Shown one piece after another: positions 37,282 through 47,095 of a DNA stretch of 64,000 nt. Origin of the DNA: Planctomycetota bacterium (GTDB lineage: Bacteria > Planctomycetota > UBA8108 > SXIK01); assembly GCA_965223265.1 (NCBI GenBank), contig OZ244999.1, forward strand, positions 5,856,001 through 5,920,000, read 5' to 3'. The notes under the pieces were generated by a model. The model was not told the origin of the DNA. It saw nothing but the letters and a program-made list of their open reading frames with translations, and searched no databases. A program made the translations under genes and the position numbers. Position 1 is the first letter of the stretch, and each line of letters begins with the position of its first letter.

Positions 37282-37803
37282 CTACGTACGCTCAACTATG
37301 TCTGGCTTGAGCGTGCCGATGATCGAGAGCAGTTCTCGCTTTTCTTTGGCGGGCACTTCGAACCTGTCCAGAGTATCCACCAGGTGGTTCACAACGACGT
37401 TGAAGTCTGCTTCCGTGATTCCCAGCCCTCCGTGAACGGTTTTGGCAGGTCTGCTGAGGATCTTGCACGGCCCGCCCGTGACGTTGCAGACCAGATTGAT
37501 GTTTTTCTGGATGAACGACTGACGGGTGTCCGTACCCATCCCCTTGAAGAAGGGTCCGACCTGGGGATCGATGAAGAGCTTCGCGGCGAAGTCGTTCACA
37601 ACCGCCGAGACGGCGTCGTAGCCGCCGAGTCGCTCATAGAGCGTGCGGCCGGTCGCGGACGCGCTTGGCTTGGCCGCAGGTGGTACATCCTGGACCGCGG
37701 ATTTGGCGAGGCGCGAGTGGCTCGAGCAGCCTAGCGCCGCCAGAACGACGGCTATGGCTCCGAGGGGCAGCACGAGGCAGCGAGAACGAGTGATCCGGGA
37801 CAT
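37282..37803 (-). CDS. Group I truncated hemoglobin with lipoprotein signal
   Basis: MSRITRSR...VVLAALG-C lipobox; TLYERLGGYDAV, TGGP, KTVH; AAGGA RBS. Confidence 0.9.
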   Translation of the reverse strand: MSRITRSRCLVLPLGAIAVVLAALGCSSHSRLAKSAVQDVPPAAKPSASATGRTLYERLGGYDAVSAVVNDFAAKLFIDPQVGPFFKGMGTDTRQSFIQKNINLVCNVTGGPCKILSRPAKTVHGGLGITEADFNVVVNHLVDTLDRFEVPAKEKRELLSIIGTLKPDIVERT

Positions 37804-37942
37804 GGAATTGGTTTCCTTTCTGAGGTTTGACGTCGCGAGCTGGGGTTGATCCAGATGCCGAGCGGATTGCCTTCACTACCTATAGCTGCGAGAATGGTGG
37901 TCGGATTTGGACAACCACTTGCAGGGTTTCTTGCGGATTTCT

Positions 37943-38551
37943 ATGCGGGATCGTCAATCGAACCAGGTGACAGTTCTTTTGGAAGCGATTCGCCGTGGCG
38001 AGTCGCCGGCAGCAGCTGAACTCCTGCCACTCGTCTACGACGAGTTGCGTAGACTTGCAGAGCGTGAAATGGCGAAGGAGCGCCGAGGGCACACGCTTCA
38101 GCCGACGGCTCTCGTCCATGAGGCCTATTTGCGCCTCGTAGGCGGCGCGGAAGTGCGCTGGGAGGGACGCGTGCACTTTTTTCGTGCTGCGGCTCAAGCG
38201 ATGCGACGGATTCTGGTCGATTCTGCTCGCCGACGGGCGACCCTGAAACACGGGGGCGCGGCCCGGGTACCGCTGTCGGAAGCCAGTGCCGTTGCCGATG
38301 AACCGCGCCCAGCCGAGCTGCTAGCACTCGACGAGTCCCTCGACCGACTGGAACAGCGAGACCCGAGGAAGGCGGATGTTGTGAAGCTGCGCTACTTTGC
38401 AGGGCTGTCCATAGAAGACACGGGGGCAGCCCTGGGCGTGACTCCCCGGACCGTCACCCGTGATTGGACCGCGGCCAAAGCATGGCTATTTCGTGATATC
38501 ACAGGAGATCACGAGCAGGCACACAAAGGGTCCCCGACTAGTGGACGCTGA
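37943..38551 (+). CDS. ECF sigma factor, TIGR02999/kinase-associated type
   Basis: LLPLVYDELRRLA, HTLQPTALVHEAYLRL, RRILVDSAR, RTVTRDW..AKAWL. Confidence 0.93.
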   Translation: MRDRQSNQVTVLLEAIRRGESPAAAELLPLVYDELRRLAEREMAKERRGHTLQPTALVHEAYLRLVGGAEVRWEGRVHFFRAAAQAMRRILVDSARRRATLKHGGAARVPLSEASAVADEPRPAELLALDESLDRLEQRDPRKADVVKLRYFAGLSIEDTGAALGVTPRTVTRDWTAAKAWLFRDITGDHEQAHKGSPTSGR

Positions 38552-41180
38552 TCGCTGGGAACGTGTCTGGTCCGTCTTCCACGCTGCACTGGAACGAGTC
38601 GAGCGGGATCGAGCCGGATTCGTCGAAGAAGAGTGCGGCACTGACAAGAGTCTGCGCATCGAAGTTTTCGCGCTGCTACGCTCGCATGAGAGCGCAAAAA
38701 CGTTCCTCGAAGACCCACTGAATCCACGCCCGGCTTCACCGCAGGCGATGATTGGTCAGCTCGTTGATCGGTACCGACTACGCTCGGTGATCGGTTCCGG
38801 GGGGATGGGCACAGTCTTCCTCGCCGATCAGGAGGAGCCGATCAAACGCGCCGTAGCATTAAAGGTCGTAAAGCTCGGAATGGATACAGCGGAGGTCGTC
38901 GCGCGATTCGAATTGGAGCGTCAGAAGCTGGCAGAGCTTAACCATCCTAACGTCGCTCTAGTGTTCGACGCTGGTGCAACAGAGAACGGTCGACCGTACT
39001 TTGTGATGGAGTACATTCCGGGGATTCCAATCACGGATTATTGCGACGCGAACAGCTTGGGGATCGGCGATAGGATAGAGCTCTTCCTCCCCGTCTGCGA
39101 GGCCCTTGAGCACGCACACCGACGGGGGACTCTTCATCGTGACATCAAGCCGTCGAACGTTCTTGTTGAGGTCGTCGATACTCGAGCGGTCCCGAAAGTA
39201 ATTGATTTTGGCCTCGCGAAAGTCGTCGACGGTCGGACGCGCGTTGCAGCTCCTGATACCGGCTACGGGAGGATGATCGGAACGCCTGAGTTCATGAGTC
39301 CGGAACAGGCATTGGGGGTCTCCAACATAGACGGAAGGACTGACGTCTACTCTCTCGGCATGCTTCTCTACGTGCTACTCGTTGGTAGCCACCCCCTTGT
39401 CAAAGAGCTGCAGAAGGAGTTCCCGGAGGATCTGCGTCGCAAGATTCGGGATTTCGACACTCCACGGCCGAGTGCTCACCTCAAGCAACTTTGTGAGGAC
39501 AGTATCGGAATTGCTGAACGTCGAGCGACGAACGTTCAGTCGCTCGACCAGCAGATCCGTGGTGACCTTGATAACATCGTCATGAAGGCGACGGCCAAGG
39601 AAAGGAACCATCGGTACGGATCGGCATCGGAATTCGCAGCGGACCTGAAACGGTACGCGAACTCAGAACCAGTTCTCGCGGTCCGCAGAGAAAAACGACC
39701 GGCGAGGCTGGCGGTCATCGTGGCTGTCGCTGTACTTGCCGTCCTCGTTGGTGGAGTTGCTGTTGCCATCTTCAAGTCGTGGTCGAGCGAAAGAGTTGCT
39801 CTGGCGGTACTTCCCTTCGCCACCGTCGGAGGAGATTCACGGCAAGATTACTTCAGTGACGGACTCACCACAGAGATCATCTATCGCCTGGGGAGAGTCG
39901 CCCCCGAAGATCTTGTGGTCATCGGTCATACAACGATGCTGCGGTACAAAAACAGCGAGAAATCGACCGACGAAATAAGCAAGGAGTTGAAAGTCGACTA
40001 TCTACTTGAAGGTAGCGTGAAATATGAAGGTGACCGTCTCTGGATCAATGCTCAACTCATCCGAACAAGCGATCAGACTCACTTGTGGGCCGAGAGTTTC
40101 GAGACAACGACCGCTGATGTCATTACGACGCAGCTCAAGCTTGCCCTCAATGTCGCACGGAACCTCGCTGTCGAGGTGCTACCGAAACGAAGTCGGATTG
40201 ATAAGTCTGCCGTCGTCGATCCACTGGCATACAAGGCGCATCTCAATGCGCGCCACTTTCGATCCATGGTCTCCGAGAACGGGCTTCGGAAGGCCATCGA
40301 ACACTTTCAGATCGCACTCGATCATGATTCGAGTTTCGCAGACGCATACGCCGGAATGGCTGCCTGCTACTGCCTGCTTTCGGGTCACGGCCTCGAGGTC
40401 GATCAGCCAAGCGCCTTAATGCCGAAGGTGAAAGACATGGCAGAAGCTGCTCTTGCCTTGGACGATGAACTTTCGGAGGCGCATGGAGCGCTTGGCATGT
40501 CCAAGCTAAAGTACGAATGGGACTGGGAAGGGGCGCGAACGCGGTTCCAAAGGGCAATCGAGTTGGATCCGAACAACCCCTTGTCTCGCATCTGGTATTC
40601 CTTCTACCTGTCCTCCCACGGGCGGCATGACGAAGCCATCGCCCAAGTCGAAACGGCCAGAGAGCTTGATCCGTTTTCAAAGGTCTCCAACGTCAACCTC
40701 GCCTGGCAGTACTACATGGCACGGCGGTACGAGAAAGCGCTCGAAGAGTTCAATCATAGCCTGGAGCTGTTTCCGGAGTTCTGGGTCGCCCTCTGGGGGC
40801 GTGGCCTCGTATATGCCCAACGCGGTCTCAGCAAGGAGGCTGTTGCCGACCTCAAGGGTGCGGTTGAGCGATCCCGAAACGACCAATCAGCTCTCGGCGG
40901 GTTGGGCTTGGTTTTCGCTAAATTCGGAGAGCGAGAAGAGGCTGAAAGAGTTGTCGAGTCGCTGACAGAACTGTCGCAGAACACGCATGTTCCACCGACG
41001 AGCGTTGCTGCGATCTATGGCGCTCTCGGCGATATCGATGAGGCGTTCCAATGGCTCGAGAAGGCTTACAGGATTCGCTCCAGGTCGATGGTCTGGCTCA
41101 GAGTCGGCCACGAGTTCGACCCCTTTCGTGGTGACCCTCGGTATCAAGACTTATTGCGGCGCATGAGACTGAATGACTAG
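38541..41180 (+). CDS. Membrane Ser/Thr kinase with TolB-like and TPR C-terminal domains
   Basis: GSGGMG, VALK, HRDIKPSN, DFG, GTPEFMSPEQ; TM helix; LAVLPF..YFSDGLT; TPRs; GTG overlaps the end of the sigma gene. Confidence 0.93.
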   Translation: MDADRWERVWSVFHAALERVERDRAGFVEEECGTDKSLRIEVFALLRSHESAKTFLEDPLNPRPASPQAMIGQLVDRYRLRSVIGSGGMGTVFLADQEEPIKRAVALKVVKLGMDTAEVVARFELERQKLAELNHPNVALVFDAGATENGRPYFVMEYIPGIPITDYCDANSLGIGDRIELFLPVCEALEHAHRRGTLHRDIKPSNVLVEVVDTRAVPKVIDFGLAKVVDGRTRVAAPDTGYGRMIGTPEFMSPEQALGVSNIDGRTDVYSLGMLLYVLLVGSHPLVKELQKEFPEDLRRKIRDFDTPRPSAHLKQLCEDSIGIAERRATNVQSLDQQIRGDLDNIVMKATAKERNHRYGSASEFAADLKRYANSEPVLAVRREKRPARLAVIVAVAVLAVLVGGVAVAIFKSWSSERVALAVLPFATVGGDSRQDYFSDGLTTEIIYRLGRVAPEDLVVIGHTTMLRYKNSEKSTDEISKELKVDYLLEGSVKYEGDRLWINAQLIRTSDQTHLWAESFETTTADVITTQLKLALNVARNLAVEVLPKRSRIDKSAVVDPLAYKAHLNARHFRSMVSENGLRKAIEHFQIALDHDSSFADAYAGMAACYCLLSGHGLEVDQPSALMPKVKDMAEAALALDDELSEAHGALGMSKLKYEWDWEGARTRFQRAIELDPNNPLSRIWYSFYLSSHGRHDEAIAQVETARELDPFSKVSNVNLAWQYYMARRYEKALEEFNHSLELFPEFWVALWGRGLVYAQRGLSKEAVADLKGAVERSRNDQSALGGLGLVFAKFGEREEAERVVESLTELSQNTHVPPTSVAAIYGALGDIDEAFQWLEKAYRIRSRSMVWLRVGHEFDPFRGDPRYQDLLRRMRLND

Positions 41181-41189
41181 TTGGCGCAA

Positions 41190-41390
41190 ACTCATGCCGC
41201 CGACCCACCTCCACGGCGATCAGATCGTTCTCGGCCGCAAGGGGACATCGGCGCAGGTTGTCGGAGAGCGTTCGAAGAGCTTCTTCAAAACGATCGAGCC
41301 AGTGCGATGCCGTCATCGGCGCAGTCGCGGCAGCACGAAGGTAATCGCTACGCAGATTCGTTCTCACGTTCGCCGTAACGACGACGCGCT
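41190..41390 (-). pseudogene. RelE/ParE-type toxin remnant
   Basis: RVVVTANVRTNLRSDY..APMTASHWLDRFEEALRTLSDNLRRCPLAAEND, truncated; no proper start codon. Confidence 0.65.
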
Positions 41391-41406
41391 CGGCCGAATG
41401 ACGTTT

Positions 41407-41571
41407 TCAACGGGCTGCTAGGCCAGCCTTGATCCCGGCTACAGCCTCATCCTGATCTCGCTGGAAGAGGCGCAAAGGGTGTTCGAGCACAGCCTCACGA
41501 TTCGCAAATCGACCGCTCTCGATCTCTCTCTGAACGAACTCCTCGAGCTCTGGTGAAATGCTCTCTGCCAT
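41407..41571 (-). pseudogene. ParD-like ribbon-helix-helix antitoxin remnant
   Basis: SISPELEEFVQREIESGRFANREAVLE..LRL; ends early, directly upstream of the toxin remnant. Confidence 0.7.
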
Positions 41572-41870
41572 GCCGGGATACCTCTTCAGTCGCAGTGGCG
41601 ACGTATCACTGGCGCTCATCGTAACACTCGGGAGCGTTGACTGCCCCGTTGGTGTCGCGTCGCAAAGCCTTCCGTGCCGCGCCACGACTTAAGGCATCTC
41701 GCGATGAATTTTGCGAAAAATGCGGGTTAGGATGGTCGTAGCAGATCGCCCCGTTTCGCACTGGATCGCATCGGGTTCCGCCGTAAAATGAAACTTCCGC
41801 CTTCCACTGCGTCCTCTCTTCAGCAACGACTTCGGCGGTGTAGGCCGGGAAGGCGACGCAGGGTTGACTC

Positions 41871-44800
41871 ATGTTGCGATGCGGCATTCTCCGGCGCTGG
41901 GGCTTGGTTGTTGGGATTCTGCTCGGCGGTCTCGTCGGCCGACCGGTGGTGGGAGACGAGGTCACGTTCTTCGACTTCGGCAGTGAGTGGAAGTACCTCC
42001 CCGGCCTCACTGAGGCGTCGGAGCCCGACCCCACCGCATGGCGCGAGCCGGACTTTGACGACTCCGCCTGGGCGAGCGGCCGCGCTCCGTTCGGCTACGG
42101 CCGCGGGGGACCGTGGGGTACCGATCTCTCCGAGCTCGACCCGCCGATGTCCGGGAACTATTCCTCGCTCTTTCTTCGCAGCCGATTCGATCTCGCGAAT
42201 CTCGAGCGGCTCATCGAGCTTCACTTCGAAGTCACCTATGACGACGGCTTCATCCTTTGGGTCAACGGGGTCGAGGTGGCGCGGGCGCGCATCCTCGAGA
42301 AGCCCGGGGTCTTCGTCCCGTACGACGCCATCGCTGCATCCGGAACTCCTGGGACCGTCGACGTCCACCTGACGTCCCCCGACGTCCCGATCGCGGCCGA
42401 AGGGAACGTCATGTGCATTCAGGTGTTCAACCGCGGCCTCAGGAACAACGATCTCAAACTGGATGCGCGCGTCTTCGATCCCCTCCACCCGGACCTCGAG
42501 CCTCCGGCGATCGCGCACGTCATCCCACTACCCGGGACGACGGTGCGGAGGCTCTCGCAGGTCGAAGTCTCCTTCGACGAGCCGGTCGAGGGAGTCGACG
42601 CGAGCGATCTCGATATCAACGGCAGAGCGGCCCGCGAACTGACGGAGGTCGACGCCAGCCGCTACCAGTTTACCTTTACCGAACCGCCGGTCGGCACTGT
42701 CCGCTTCGAGTGGATCTCAAACCACTCCATCACCGATCGCGCGGTGGATCGAAATCCGTTCGGCGGCGGAAACTGGTCCTACGACTTCGATCCCAGCGCT
42801 CCCGTCCCGTCGATCTCGATCAGCGAATTCGTCGCCGCAAGCGATGGCTCGCTGGTCGACGAAGAGGAGAGCGAGGAAGACTGGATCGAAATCTCGAACG
42901 ACGGCAGCGAGGCGGTCGCTCTCGGCGGCTGGACTCTGACCGACGACGCCACTGAACCGGACAAATGGCTCTTCCCCGACGTCGTTCTCGCGCCGCAGGA
43001 GCGCCTCATCGTCTTCGCTTCGGGGAAAGATCGGCGCGACCCCGAGGCGGAGCTCCACACGAACTTCAAGCTCGACGCCGAAGGCGAGTACCTGGGCATC
43101 TATCCCGCGGAAATCCCGCGCGTCGCGATCGAAGAGTTCACTCCGAAGTACCCGCACCAGCGGAGCGGTGTTGCCTACGGCAGACAAGATGGCGAGATCG
43201 GCTACCTCGATGCGCTAACGCCCGGCGAGACGAACGATGCCGCGCGGCGCTACTCAAACTTCGCCACCCCACCAAGTTTTAGTGCCCGGCGCGGTTACTA
43301 CGAGCAGCCGTTTCTCCTAGAGCTCTGGGCGCGAACGCCGGGCGCGTCGATCTATTACACGCTCGACGGTGCGACCCCATCGCCCGATACGGCACTGCTC
43401 TACCGCGGCCCGATCGAGGTGCACGGCGAGTCCGAACTCGGTATGGTCATGGTGCGTGCTGCCGCCTTCCGCGAGGATCTTCTCCCCTCGGCGGTCGTGA
43501 CCCACTCCTACTTGTTCCCACGGGACGTACTCCGTCAGCCAGACGATCCGCAGGGGTTCCCGGACCGCTGGGGAAACCAGCCCGCAGACTACGAGCTCGA
43601 CGCGGAGATCATCGACCCGAACCGTGAGATGGCGATCGAAGGTCTCAGGTCGATCCCGAGCATCTCCATCGTCACCGACATGGAACACCTTTTCGGCTTC
43701 GGTACCGGGATCTATACCCGGCCCTCACTCAGTGGTCCCCTGTGGGAACGGCCGACGTCGGCCGAGCTCCTCTTCGCCGACGGCCGCAGGGGATTCCAGA
43801 TCGACTGTGGCATCCGCACGCAGGGGGGAAGCAGCACGAACGATTGGAAGTCCCGCAAGGTGTCGCTTCGTCTTCTCTTCAAGGAGAAATACGGCGCCAC
43901 CAAACTGCGTTATCCGCTCTACGAGGGCTCGACGGTGACGCGCTTCGACACGCTCGTCCTGGACGCCGGTCTGAACTACACCCTCAACCATCCGGGTCAC
44001 TCCGAACGCATTCGAGCGCAGAACGTGCGCGACCAGTTCGTCGCCGACCTGCAGAATGAGGCGGGCGGCTTCGCACCACGCGGCAAGTTTGTGCATGTGT
44101 TTCTGAACGGCGCTCACTGGGGAGTGTACTACATTCACGAACGCCCCGATGCCTCCTACGCGGCCGAACACTTCGGCGGCTCGAAGGACGACTACGACGC
44201 CATGCGTCACCGTCCGACGACGGTGGTGGATGGGGACAACCTCGCGTATCTCGAGCTGACGCGACTCCGCGACCTGGATGACCCAGTGCAGTATGCGGCC
44301 CTGGAGGCACTTCTCGACATCCAAAACTTCGCGGACTACATACTGATCAACAACTACGTCGGCAATACGGATTGGGCGCACCAGAACTGGTACGCCACCA
44401 GGCGTCGCGATCCGCCGGGTCCGTTTCGCTTTCACAGTTGGGATGCGGAGATCGTGCTCCTGAGCCCGACCGAATTTGTCCTCAACAAAAACGACGGCGG
44501 GGGTCCCACCGGCATCTTTACATTCGTGAAGCGCAACCCGGAGTTTCGCGTCCTCTTCGGCGACCGGGTCCACAAGCACTTCTTTGAGGGTGGTATGCTC
44601 TTTGTGAACCCCGACGCGCCGGAGTGGAATCCGGATGAGCCGACCAGCAACATGCCTGCGATGCACTACATGAGGCGCATCGAAGAGATCTATAGCGCGA
44701 TTCTCCTCGAATACGCGCGCTGGGGAGACAATTGGCGGATGCAGTACACGCGCGACGACTGGCTCAATGAACTCGACTGGCTGCTGGTGAACTACTTTCC

Positions 44801-46844
44801 CGTGCGCTCGGCGCGCGTTCTCGACCAGTTTCGCGGCCAGAACCTCTATCCGAGCGTCGAGGCGCCGGTCTTGAGTCGACACGGGGGCGCGATCGAACCG
44901 GGCTTCGAGCTCACCATACAGCTACCGGCGGGCTCGACCGGCACCATGTACTACACGACCGACGGTACCGACCCGCGAGAGGTCGGCGGCGAGGTCTCGC
45001 CCGCGGCGAGCGCGTATACCGGCGCGCTCATCCTCAGTGAAGAGACCGTCGTCAAAGCGCGGAACCTCGGTCTCGATGCGAACGAGGAGATGGGATGGAG
45101 TGCGCTGAGTGAGGCTCGGTTCACGGTGCCGGCCGCTTCTCCGCGGCAGCTCGCCATCACCGAAATCATGTTCAACCCTCGCGGCGGCGGTGACTACGAG
45201 TTCATCGAGATCTCGAATCCAGCGGCCGCTCCGGTCCGCCTCGGGGGCATATCGTTCACTGATGGAATTGGGTTCACCTTCGACGAGGGCGCTTCGATCG
45301 CACCAGGTGGGTCCATCGTCCTGACGAGAAATCCGCAGGCGTTCCGCGATCGCTACCCCGGGGTGAAACCGCTGGGAGCTTACACGGGGAAACTCGCCAA
45401 CGAGGGAGAGCGCGTCGAACTCTCAGGGGCGGATGGAGAGTCGATTTTCGTCGTCAGGTTTCGTGACTCGGGGTTGTGGCCGATCGCCGCGGATGGCTTT
45501 GGGTTTTCACTCGTCCTCGAAGATGTCGCGGCGCCGCCAGAGGACCCACTGTCGTGGCGCGCCAGTGCGCTTGTCGACGGTTCGCCGGGCGCCGCGGACC
45601 CAGCGGCCGAGGTCGGCGGCATTCTGATCAACGAGGTGGCGACAGATGGCGGCGGTGCGGAGCCTGGAGTCGAACTGTTCAATTTCGGCGCCGCAGCCGT
45701 CGACCTGAGCGGCTGGTGGCTGAGCGGAAATCGAGGCGATCTGGAAAGCTTGAAAGCCTTTCGCATGCCGGCGGGAACGAGGATTGAGGCCGGGGGCTAC
45801 GCGGTCGTTCGCGGCGGCGCCGAGTCGTTACCCGTGAGCGCAGGCGGTGGAACGTTATTTCTTACGGCCTTCGATAGCACCGACGAGTTCACCGGCTTCA
45901 TCACGAGTGCCGATTACGGCATCGCAGAGCTCGCGGGTTCGTTTGGTCTCCACCTCACGAGTAACACACTCGATTTCACTCCGCTGCGCACGCCGACGCT
46001 GGGGACGGCGAATGACATTCCCATGGCGGCCGCGGTGGCGATCAACGAAGTTCACTACCACCCGCGGGGAAACGGCACCGAGTTCATCGAACTCTATAAC
46101 CCAAGCGGGGACGCGGTCGACGTTGGCGGCTGGAAGCTGAGCGGCGTCTCCGGCTCCGAGGCGGGGGAGGACTACGTGATCCCGTCCGGCTCCATCATCG
46201 CCCCGCACGGGTTTCTTCTCGCCGTTCCCATGGCACCCGAGCTCTTCCGAGATTTTTATCTGGTTCCGGACGCGGCGCCGATCGTCGGTCCGTACGCCGG
46301 CGCGCTCGATAACGGCGGCGAGAGGCTTGCGCTCTGGATGCCGTCGGCGCGCATCGCAGGATCTTTCGTGCGGGTGGATATGGTTCGCTTCGACGACCGC
46401 ACCCCATGGCCGATCGCGGCGGATGGCGACGGTTATTCCCTCGAGCGAGTTTTGGCGGCTGAGTACGGCAACGAAGTCGAGAACTGGGAGGCGTCCGAGC
46501 TTGAGGGCGGCACTCCTGGTTTCCTCAACAGCGTGACGCCGATCTCCGGGGAAACTCCGAGCGGTCGGCAGGTGCCGGGGGACTTCAATCAGGATGCGCG
46601 GCTGAACATCTCCGATGCGATCGCGCTCCTCCGCGAGCTCTTCTCTGGCGCGATGCCGTTCGTTCCCTGCGGCGGCAGCCTCGAGGCCGAGGGAGCTCGC
46701 GCGCTCCTCGACCAGGACGGCGATCAGGAAGTCGCGCTCTCCGATGCCCTCTTCCTCCTGAGTCACCTCTTCGAGGGCGGGGCGCCTCCGGCACTCGGCA
46801 GGGACTGCACGCCGATCGTCGGGTGCCCTGAGATCTGTCCGTGA
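41871..46844 (+). CDS. Secreted CotH-kinase / lamin-tail-domain protein with Ig-like and dockerin-like domains
   Basis: Signal; YDDGF galactose-binding-like domain; four LTD starts (ISEF, ITEIM, INEV, INEVH); YYTLDG/YYTTDG modules; CotH motifs GVYYIHER, NTDW..QNW, WDAE; C-terminal PGDFNQDARLNISDA. Confidence 0.9.
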   Translation: MLRCGILRRWGLVVGILLGGLVGRPVVGDEVTFFDFGSEWKYLPGLTEASEPDPTAWREPDFDDSAWASGRAPFGYGRGGPWGTDLSELDPPMSGNYSSLFLRSRFDLANLERLIELHFEVTYDDGFILWVNGVEVARARILEKPGVFVPYDAIAASGTPGTVDVHLTSPDVPIAAEGNVMCIQVFNRGLRNNDLKLDARVFDPLHPDLEPPAIAHVIPLPGTTVRRLSQVEVSFDEPVEGVDASDLDINGRAARELTEVDASRYQFTFTEPPVGTVRFEWISNHSITDRAVDRNPFGGGNWSYDFDPSAPVPSISISEFVAASDGSLVDEEESEEDWIEISNDGSEAVALGGWTLTDDATEPDKWLFPDVVLAPQERLIVFASGKDRRDPEAELHTNFKLDAEGEYLGIYPAEIPRVAIEEFTPKYPHQRSGVAYGRQDGEIGYLDALTPGETNDAARRYSNFATPPSFSARRGYYEQPFLLELWARTPGASIYYTLDGATPSPDTALLYRGPIEVHGESELGMVMVRAAAFREDLLPSAVVTHSYLFPRDVLRQPDDPQGFPDRWGNQPADYELDAEIIDPNREMAIEGLRSIPSISIVTDMEHLFGFGTGIYTRPSLSGPLWERPTSAELLFADGRRGFQIDCGIRTQGGSSTNDWKSRKVSLRLLFKEKYGATKLRYPLYEGSTVTRFDTLVLDAGLNYTLNHPGHSERIRAQNVRDQFVADLQNEAGGFAPRGKFVHVFLNGAHWGVYYIHERPDASYAAEHFGGSKDDYDAMRHRPTTVVDGDNLAYLELTRLRDLDDPVQYAALEALLDIQNFADYILINNYVGNTDWAHQNWYATRRRDPPGPFRFHSWDAEIVLLSPTEFVLNKNDGGGPTGIFTFVKRNPEFRVLFGDRVHKHFFEGGMLFVNPDAPEWNPDEPTSNMPAMHYMRRIEEIYSAILLEYARWGDNWRMQYTRDDWLNELDWLLVNYFPVRSARVLDQFRGQNLYPSVEAPVLSRHGGAIEPGFELTIQLPAGSTGTMYYTTDGTDPREVGGEVSPAASAYTGALILSEETVVKARNLGLDANEEMGWSALSEARFTVPAASPRQLAITEIMFNPRGGGDYEFIEISNPAAAPVRLGGISFTDGIGFTFDEGASIAPGGSIVLTRNPQAFRDRYPGVKPLGAYTGKLANEGERVELSGADGESIFVVRFRDSGLWPIAADGFGFSLVLEDVAAPPEDPLSWRASALVDGSPGAADPAAEVGGILINEVATDGGGAEPGVELFNFGAAAVDLSGWWLSGNRGDLESLKAFRMPAGTRIEAGGYAVVRGGAESLPVSAGGGTLFLTAFDSTDEFTGFITSADYGIAELAGSFGLHLTSNTLDFTPLRTPTLGTANDIPMAAAVAINEVHYHPRGNGTEFIELYNPSGDAVDVGGWKLSGVSGSEAGEDYVIPSGSIIAPHGFLLAVPMAPELFRDFYLVPDAAPIVGPYAGALDNGGERLALWMPSARIAGSFVRVDMVRFDDRTPWPIAADGDGYSLERVLAAEYGNEVENWEASELEGGTPGFLNSVTPISGETPSGRQVPGDFNQDARLNISDAIALLRELFSGAMPFVPCGGSLEAEGARALLDQDGDQEVALSDALFLLSHLFEGGAPPALGRDCTPIVGCPEICP

Positions 46845-47095
46845 GGGACAACCCGAAGCAGCACGGAAGAAAAACGCAGCGCGGGCTCCGCCCGCAACCC
46901 AAACGTCGGAAGATCTCATAGGAAAAGACGGCAGAGTCGTACCGATGGAGTCAGCGGCGAAAACCGCCGCTTACTCCATCGGATCAGTCGAGAGCTGAGA
47001 TCCCAAGGTCAAATCTCCCCGCCAACGTCTCCGTGTTCTCCTATCCATTCGAAGAGAAGATCGAACGGAAAGGAGAGAGTCGCGCGATCACTCCG

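Noticed and set aside
43725-46919. Long minus-strand ORFs of 385 and 354 aa
   Set aside because: Antisense shadows of the CotH/LTD gene.
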